From: Babesia bigemina
Taxonomy: Eukaryota
Direction: 5' to 3'
DNA length: 64,000 nucleotides
NCBI RefSeq assembly: GCF_000981445.1
Contig: NC_027218.1
Coordinates: 1,240,001-1,304,000, forward strand
Each line of letters opens with the position of its first letter. Within the stretch, counting starts at the first letter, position 1. A program made the translations under genes and the position numbers. Below, one piece after another: positions 57,582 through 64,000 of the stretch. The notes under the pieces were generated by a model. The model searched no databases. It had not been told where the DNA came from and saw only the letters and a program-made list of their open reading frames with translations.

Positions 57582-58704
57582 TTACGTAGTCTTTTTTGCG
57601 GCACGCGCCAACCGTCGGGCCTCGTTCCTCTTCTGCTTGAGCTGTATTTTGAACATGTGCCGTTCGTCATGAATGCGGTACACAGTCTGGCTCCTAGAAA
57701 GCAGTTGAAGATGCACGGGCAGTGGTTTAAGATGATACAGCTCATCTACTTCCTCCTGCACTTCGGGTGGCAGCGGCATTCTACCCTCCCGCCAGTGCAC
57801 CGTTAACTCGTCTTCCAGTGCTCTAGACTGCTGAATGAATAGTGTTTGAAGTGTTTTCTCGGCTGTATCATCGCATTGTAATCCCAGCGTTACTCTTCCA
57901 CCTGAACTGGTTGAGTAATGGTTGTCTGAATACCTACCACTGACGTCGAACATTCCGTTTAGCCCATTGCTTGTAAGGAAGTCAGACCACGCACCAAATC
58001 GCATTAAAACGGATAGGCCAGCTTTGTGCCACTTGCCGGAGTAGAAGTTGCGTTCGTATATTCCGGTGGATACGTCGCGCAGTGCGCACGGCCCCTGCCT
58101 CGTGAGCTTGTTGTAAAGTTGTCTTGCGATATCGACAGTTTGTTTAATATAATGCCTCTGCTTGTGCACATAATCTGGGTCGTTCGTTTTGTCCGTGTCA
58201 AGGTGCCGTATTGCGATAATTTTGCTGTGCAGAGCATAGGGAAAGACCAGGTTGGCACTTGCCGCTGCCACCGAGGCCTCCTTGCTTCGAAATGTGACGT
58301 AGCCTGTGCCGTTACACTGGTACGGATCTAAATCATGCGGCATGCATCTGCAGAATGTGATGGTGCCGAACTTTGAGAAGAATCGCCTGAGTCTCTCCTG
58401 TAGGTATTCAGGCGTCCTGCCCATCGGCAGGTTGCTCAGCTCGATGGTGTTGGGGCCGTAAATATCCACCGCATCGTACCTTAGACATACATGAACGTGT
58501 ACGAACTCGTCACTACCTGCTCTTCGGCTCTGTGTAGAGCCAGTCGATGCGTTTGCTGTCGACGTGCGACACCTCAGGGTAGTGCAGCAGCTTGTCCGGC
58601 TCCCAGCGCACATAAGGTTTGACAAAGAACCAGCGCATTTTTGATGCGCCGGGGTAAGCGTAGGCTGCACATCTTCTCTGCGTGAATGTGCGGATCATTT
58701 TCAT
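57582..58704 (-). CDS. RRM-domain protein, probably mitochondrial, 2 exons
   Basis: Presequence-like MKMIRTFTQRRCAAY; intron about 58480-58516; RNP2 IELSNLP and RNP1 GTGYVTF. Confidence 0.8.
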
Positions 58705-58777
58705 CTGCCTGGACGCTCTTCGTCATGACGACTCGCGTCAACCCTCTATGCACATCCTTTAACCATTAGACATTAGG

Positions 58778-60159
58778 ATGATTAACGCGAAACGCGTATG
58801 TAACTTATTTTGTAGGCGCCAGTCTGCACTGGCGGCCTCTCGTTTAGGAGGATGGAGCGGCCGGCCTTCCTTATGTGCATCGACTCGCAAACCTCCATTG
58901 AGGCCGTCGCCGCTACGGTTGGCTACTTGCCACTATCGTAGTTATTCTAGTGCGACGAATGATTGCGAACCGTCCGGTTCGACGCCAAACAGCGCGGTAG
59001 ATGGCACTGGAGTCGATGGCAGCGTCGGCACCGAGCAGCCTTCCACTGGGCATTCTGAGCCAGTGGATTCCGATACGTTTGTACGTCTCATATCCTCCGT
59101 GAACGACCGAAATTCGTCATTTGTGGTCGCTTTGCAGAAGTTCAAAGACCAGTTACAGGCCGATTGCTCAAGAGCGTACCCGTTCCGCCTCCGAGACTTG
59201 CGAACGTTGTTGGAATTCAGTTCGCAGCTATTGGGTATGCAGAGTGACCCACATGCAGCAGATGTCATATCCGGAGCATTTGAACTATTCAAATCAGATG
59301 GCGACGCCGCAGCTGCATTCCACCTATGTCGCCTGTTTTCGTCTTTTAATAACTGCCTCGGGCGTACCATGACGTCCAGTGTTTTCCAGCGTGTAGTCAA
59401 TAATCGCGTGGGTATGATGGGAGCCAAGTTTCTCTCTCCGAAAAAGATGGACAACCTCCGGGAGGTGAGTGAAGCGTGCGCTTATTTTCAGCTGTCCGTA
59501 GAAATTGGGCCCCGGTGCGGAGATCGCAATGAAGTTTCTGGCCTCAGCTTTAACTGAACGCGACATCACGGGCTTAGAGGGATGTTGCGAGAAGTCACTG
59601 TTTGACTTCTTAAATCAGGGGCTGGGCTACCTGGATCGCATGGGTTTGAAGGTATGTTCGACATTACGCTTGAAACATAAGTTCCTTGCAGCTTAAGTTT
59701 GAGGTGTCTGATGTGAAGGACACAAAACTGGACGTATTCTGGCTGACTATCGGAGGGAAGCGCGGGAACGAGATCTCTTCGCCATATCTGATGAAGCAGG
59801 CGCTCGCACATCAGATTCTGGTTGAATTGCCCAAGAAATCGGGTTCATCCTCGGGATCAACAGGCGATGAGATGCCAATGAATAGGCAACAAAATCGCGA
59901 ATTGGTGATGAAGACGTTCGAGAAAGGTATACTAGCTCGTATGGAGGTCTTGCTGACTGTGCGCCAGTCCTTGAGCCTGGTTGACTCTCGTGGATCGACC
60001 GTATGGGAGGACAATAAGAAGATAGCCACTCACAAGCTGACATTTGAATCTGAAATTGCCATGCGTTCGCGCGACGGTGATGATATAGACACTAAGGACT
60101 GGACGGTCGTTGACATAAACGGCGTGCTCAACAGCAACGCGCCGTTCACTGCTCAATGA
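58778..60159 (+). CDS. Mitochondrial Tim44-like-domain protein, 3 exons
   Basis: Arg/Ser-rich presequence; ALTERDITGLEGCCEKSLFDFL helix and C-terminal VRQSLSLVDSRG...HKLTFE...DWTVVDIN pattern of Tim44/Mba1-like folds. Confidence 0.6.
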
Positions 60160-60187
60160 CTTATGAGCAGCAACAAGTTTTGAATAG

Positions 60188-61613
60188 TTAAGCATTTGAT
60201 TTTCGTGTGATTTGTTTTGGAGCTGTCCCCACGTATGCTGCGATATGTTCGATTCTGCGTTTGACCTTGTGTTGTTCGGCGATATGCGATAGCCACCCTG
60301 CGCAAGTCGCGCTAATCACGATTTACACTTACCTACTATGCGTGGCACCATTAGCATGCTTCTAACTGCTCCGATGGTTGATTGGTTTTTATCCTTGTGC
60401 AACCTAACGTTTTATAAGGCGGTTCACCTGAACAACCCACCTAGTGAGCAGGTGGAAGACGAACACATCGAAGCGGAAGTGGCAACGTCCATCTAAACCT
60501 TTCTGTATCTCCAGTACCTGATCTAGCATGTCAGCATCACAGTGTTCCTGAGAAACCATTGCAACTATGGCGGCTGTACTGCTTACCATCAAAATATCCG
60601 TCCTGGGATCTTTGCATGGATGAACGAAGTCCCTGAAAGGTTTGGGTAAGCGTCGCTCCTCGTTATATGTTTTAATGATGTTCCGCTTCTCAGTTTCAGA
60701 CGCATTAAATAGGTCGTCAAAATGCTGCCATGCAAACATTGGCGTGCAGCTCTTGTGTGTTGCTATGGCATTTATAAGCGCCGAGTACACGCTGCCCTCC
60801 TCCGATATGCATATCCTGGCAGCGTAAGAAGCACCTGAAGGCAATTGACATACATATAATCGTCACAATATGGTTTATACGTTTGCCCGAATGCACGGAT
60901 TATTTTTGGAGGTTAAATAGAAGGTGAAACCTGCTGAACATAAACTTACTTGTCAGTCCGTGTTCCATGTATAGGATTGCGATGGTATTTAGCAGCATTT
61001 TGGTATCCAAATCGACCTCATTGATAGGCACTGAGCATATATTTTGAGCTAGGAAGTCCAATACGGTATCTTCAGACTGTAGTTTCATGGCTGATCCGTC
61101 ATGCGACCGTGCGAGTATAGCCAAACATTCCCCTATAATTTTCTCGTAACTGCAGGAATCTCCATGATCGTATCCAGCGTCTAGGCAGGCCAAAGATGCT
61201 GTCAGGATGTTCTGATATAGTGTTTATTCCACTGCGCTGCTTCCTACCGCTACATGCGCATTTTGGGGCATAAGCTGCCGTACTTTATGCACCAGTGGAG
61301 TGACGTTGTTCATGCCCTCATTCACTGCAGACTCGAACGTCACCCTGTCATGTTCCTGTGGAAGGTTGCCCTTGATTAGCAGGTGCGCGACATCTGTGAA
61401 GGTACACTTGTTGACCAGTTCTCGGAGCGGGAATCCGCGATAGTATATATCTGTTTCGTAACTTTATGATGGATTTGAAATAAAACGCATACCATTATTG
61501 ATACAAGGGGAGTATATTTCGGTCTCCACAGCGACTAATTTTTCATGTCTTTGTTTTGCTGTAGCCTCTCTCGCGGTGCTCATGGCCCGGAACAACAGCC
61601 GTGAAGCCCTCAT
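60188..61613 (-). CDS. Citrate synthase-like protein (degenerate), multi-exon
   Basis: IYYRGFPLRELVNKCTFTDVAHLLIKGNLP, ILYMEHG, AARICIS..SVYSALINAI, KDPR, and last exons PRIVGWLSHIAEQ...AYVG; presequence MRASRLLFRAMST. Confidence 0.8.
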
Positions 61614-61850
61614 ACTTGCGGATGTTGCTGACCTTCCGCCTCTATACCCACTCTATTGCAATTATGTATTAGGAATTCATCACATGGGACCCATTTGATC
61701 GCTTCTTCACCCGTTTTTCTCTAACCGGAACGCCACACATCGTCCGGTGTGTCTAACTTCCATTACTTGATAGGGCCTTCCTGGGCCTTTATATTTTTCT
61801 TTCCCTTAAGTAAACAATAATGTGGCAGTGTTGGCGGTAGTATCTGCGTA

Positions 61851-64000
61851 ATGTGCAATGTAGGCACCTTTTGGTGTCTGATTGCCCTGCTGTGCCAAGT
61901 TGGCCTATGCGTCTGCTTCATCCGTCGTGATTCCTGCCACAAGCGCGCATATGGAGGTCCACTACGAGCGCAAAAGCGCAGAAGGTGGCCTGATCACCGC
62001 CACTGGGGTCCAATGGTCCCTGGTCGCGAACTAACTGAGGAGGAGATTGACAGGATCTTTGATAATCTCTTCTCCAACCCGATATATGAGGCACGGGAAC
62101 CAGATACACCTCCTGAGAAAACTGGCAGTGCCACTAAGAATGAGAATCGGTTGAAGGGCCTAGGAACGAAGCATTACCAGGGCATATTAGACGAGATCAG
62201 AACCGAGGTGGCCGTTCGCGTTCGTCGTGAGCAGGGAGGAAAATCGCAAACCGTCGACACCAATGAAGATGTGGAAGACACTGTATCGTCAGCTGTGAGC
62301 GATTCAGCTCCCCCAACCACCGCATCCCCGTTGCCTGTTGACACGGCAGCATCGGCTGCTGAACGCCGTGTCAAATTCGTGGCACGGAATAACTTCCCTA
62401 CTGCAAAAGTGCTTAATTCTAAGCATTACGTGGAGGGTAAGTCAATATAAATCCAGTTGTCTGTTTAACATTGGCACCAGGGCTAAAGTTCCGTCGTCTG
62501 GGGGAGAGCGAGTTGGTCGTTAGTGAGTTGGGCATCGGCACGTCAATGTACGACAACCCTGAACTCATCGATCACGACCATGCTGTTGAAGTATTGGAGA
62601 CTGCTCACAAACAATACGGCATAAACTTTTATGTGAGCGTTATATGCTTGCGATTGTCATTGATTTTCAGGATACCTGCGAATACGACCCCTATCCATAC
62701 GAGCCTCGTAGCTACCTGGAGGGCCAGCATCGCAGCATGCGCGAGTTTTTGCGCCGAGTTAAACGTGAAGATGTTGTGGTATCGGGAAGGATATCGTCTA
62801 GCAACTTGGGGAAGTTTCGCACCCGGGGGCGTTTCTTGTCTTGGGTGCGCGGGGATATATCGTCACCACCCACTCTGTAAGTTGCCTTGTCGTTCATATT
62901 ATCCATCTGGTCCACAGATCAGTGATAGAAAAAGCAGTAGACAAGCTTTTGGATCGCCTGGGTACAGACTACTTGGACATCTTGTCCTTTGTGCATCCTT
63001 ACCGATACGTGCCAAATGCTCACCTTGGGGAGGACACCTACTGCTGGGGCAATGAACGCGACGTGTTCAGCGGCGCGGCCTCAGAGAATGCGGACGAGTG
63101 TACGTACGATGCTGACGAATTACTCTCGGCTCAATGCGAAATATTCGAGACTCTGGTTAGCAAGGGTAAGGTGCGTTCCATCGGCCTGTCCAACGAGACG
63201 GTTTGGGGACTCTGCCATTTGAAGAACAAGTCGGGTCGAAAGTTCCCTGTAGCTTGTACACAGCAGATGTACAACATGCTTCATCGCAACGAGGTTGAGT
63301 CTAGTGGTTGGTGACCAGCTGATAGTTGTTATCGTGTTCAGGCATGTCGGAAGCAGTGCTAAAGGAAAATCTGAACTGCCCAATCGTCGCATACGGCATA
63401 CTTGCAGGGGGCATTCTGACGGGAAAGTACATAGACCCCGAGCGGTGCGTTTCCGGTTTGACGGCTCGCTTATTTGCATTAGACACAACCCTATGGGTCC
63501 CGACAAGACGAAGGAGAATGCAACATTTGCGGACAAGCACGACTACCCTGGTGATTGTAAGTTGCATTGCAGATCAATCGTGCCTCATCTTGATATCAGT
63601 TGAGATCCCTGAGGATTACGGTCATTTGAGCTTCGGCCCGGCCAATGCGCGGTGCAACCTCTTTCCCGACACCTTCCACACCCACAGGTTTGTTTTCGAA
63701 CACAGCTGTTTGTCTCATAACATCAATAGAACTATTTGGTGTCAGCACGCCACTGCCGAGTACCTGAAGGTTGCACGGACTCACGGCATGACCCTTGCGC
63801 AACTTAGCATGTCTTGGGTATTTAGTCGCCCTTTCGTAAGTTTATCATTGACCACATTTTAACTCCTAACCAGGTCGGTTCCAGCTTGTCATCGCCGCGT
63901 AGCATCGGTCAGCTGCACGAAACGATTGCAGCCCTGAACTACCCGATGACACGTGAGATAGAGAATGACGTTCACGAGATATTCCTGCGCTACCGCGCTC
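61851..64000 (+). CDS. Aldo/keto reductase (Tas-like), signal plus transit-like leader, multi-exon, 3' end outside window
   Basis: [68 protein letters not shown]. Confidence 0.9.

Overview
Intron-rich, compact apicomplexan nuclear DNA, most consistent with a Babesia sensu stricto species (ves-like gene signatures resemble B. bigemina/B. ovata; species not provable from sequence alone). Three blocks of housekeeping genes (1-11.5 kb: mitochondrial phage-type RNA polymerase, ATP synthase b-like, RFC, RPS26, EAPP-like, PH protein; 31-41.5 kb: PPR-like, SMC3, CK1; 57.5-64 kb: RRM, Tim44-like, citrate-synthase-like, aldo-keto reductase) are interrupted by two variant-antigen islands. Island 1 (11.6-29.5 kb) is a ~17.9-kb quasi-palindromic cassette: two convergent full-length ves/VESA1-like genes bounded by an apparently perfect 1,134-bp inverted repeat. 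Island 2 (42.5-57.3 kb) holds a third ves-like gene and ves fragments. The most notable observation is a family of four small genes with a fixed 16-19-cysteine scaffold, hypervariable spacers and a C-terminal transmembrane helix. One sits ~0.8 kb downstream of each ves gene and one is an orphan. They have a shared spliced leader region and a conserved candidate intron that, in one copy, can join the protein in frame to an intact VESA cytoplasmic tail. A second family of 60-71 aa single-TM microproteins and a hidden multi-exon cysteine-rich gene were also found. All exon structures and family assignments were made by eye, without database searches.
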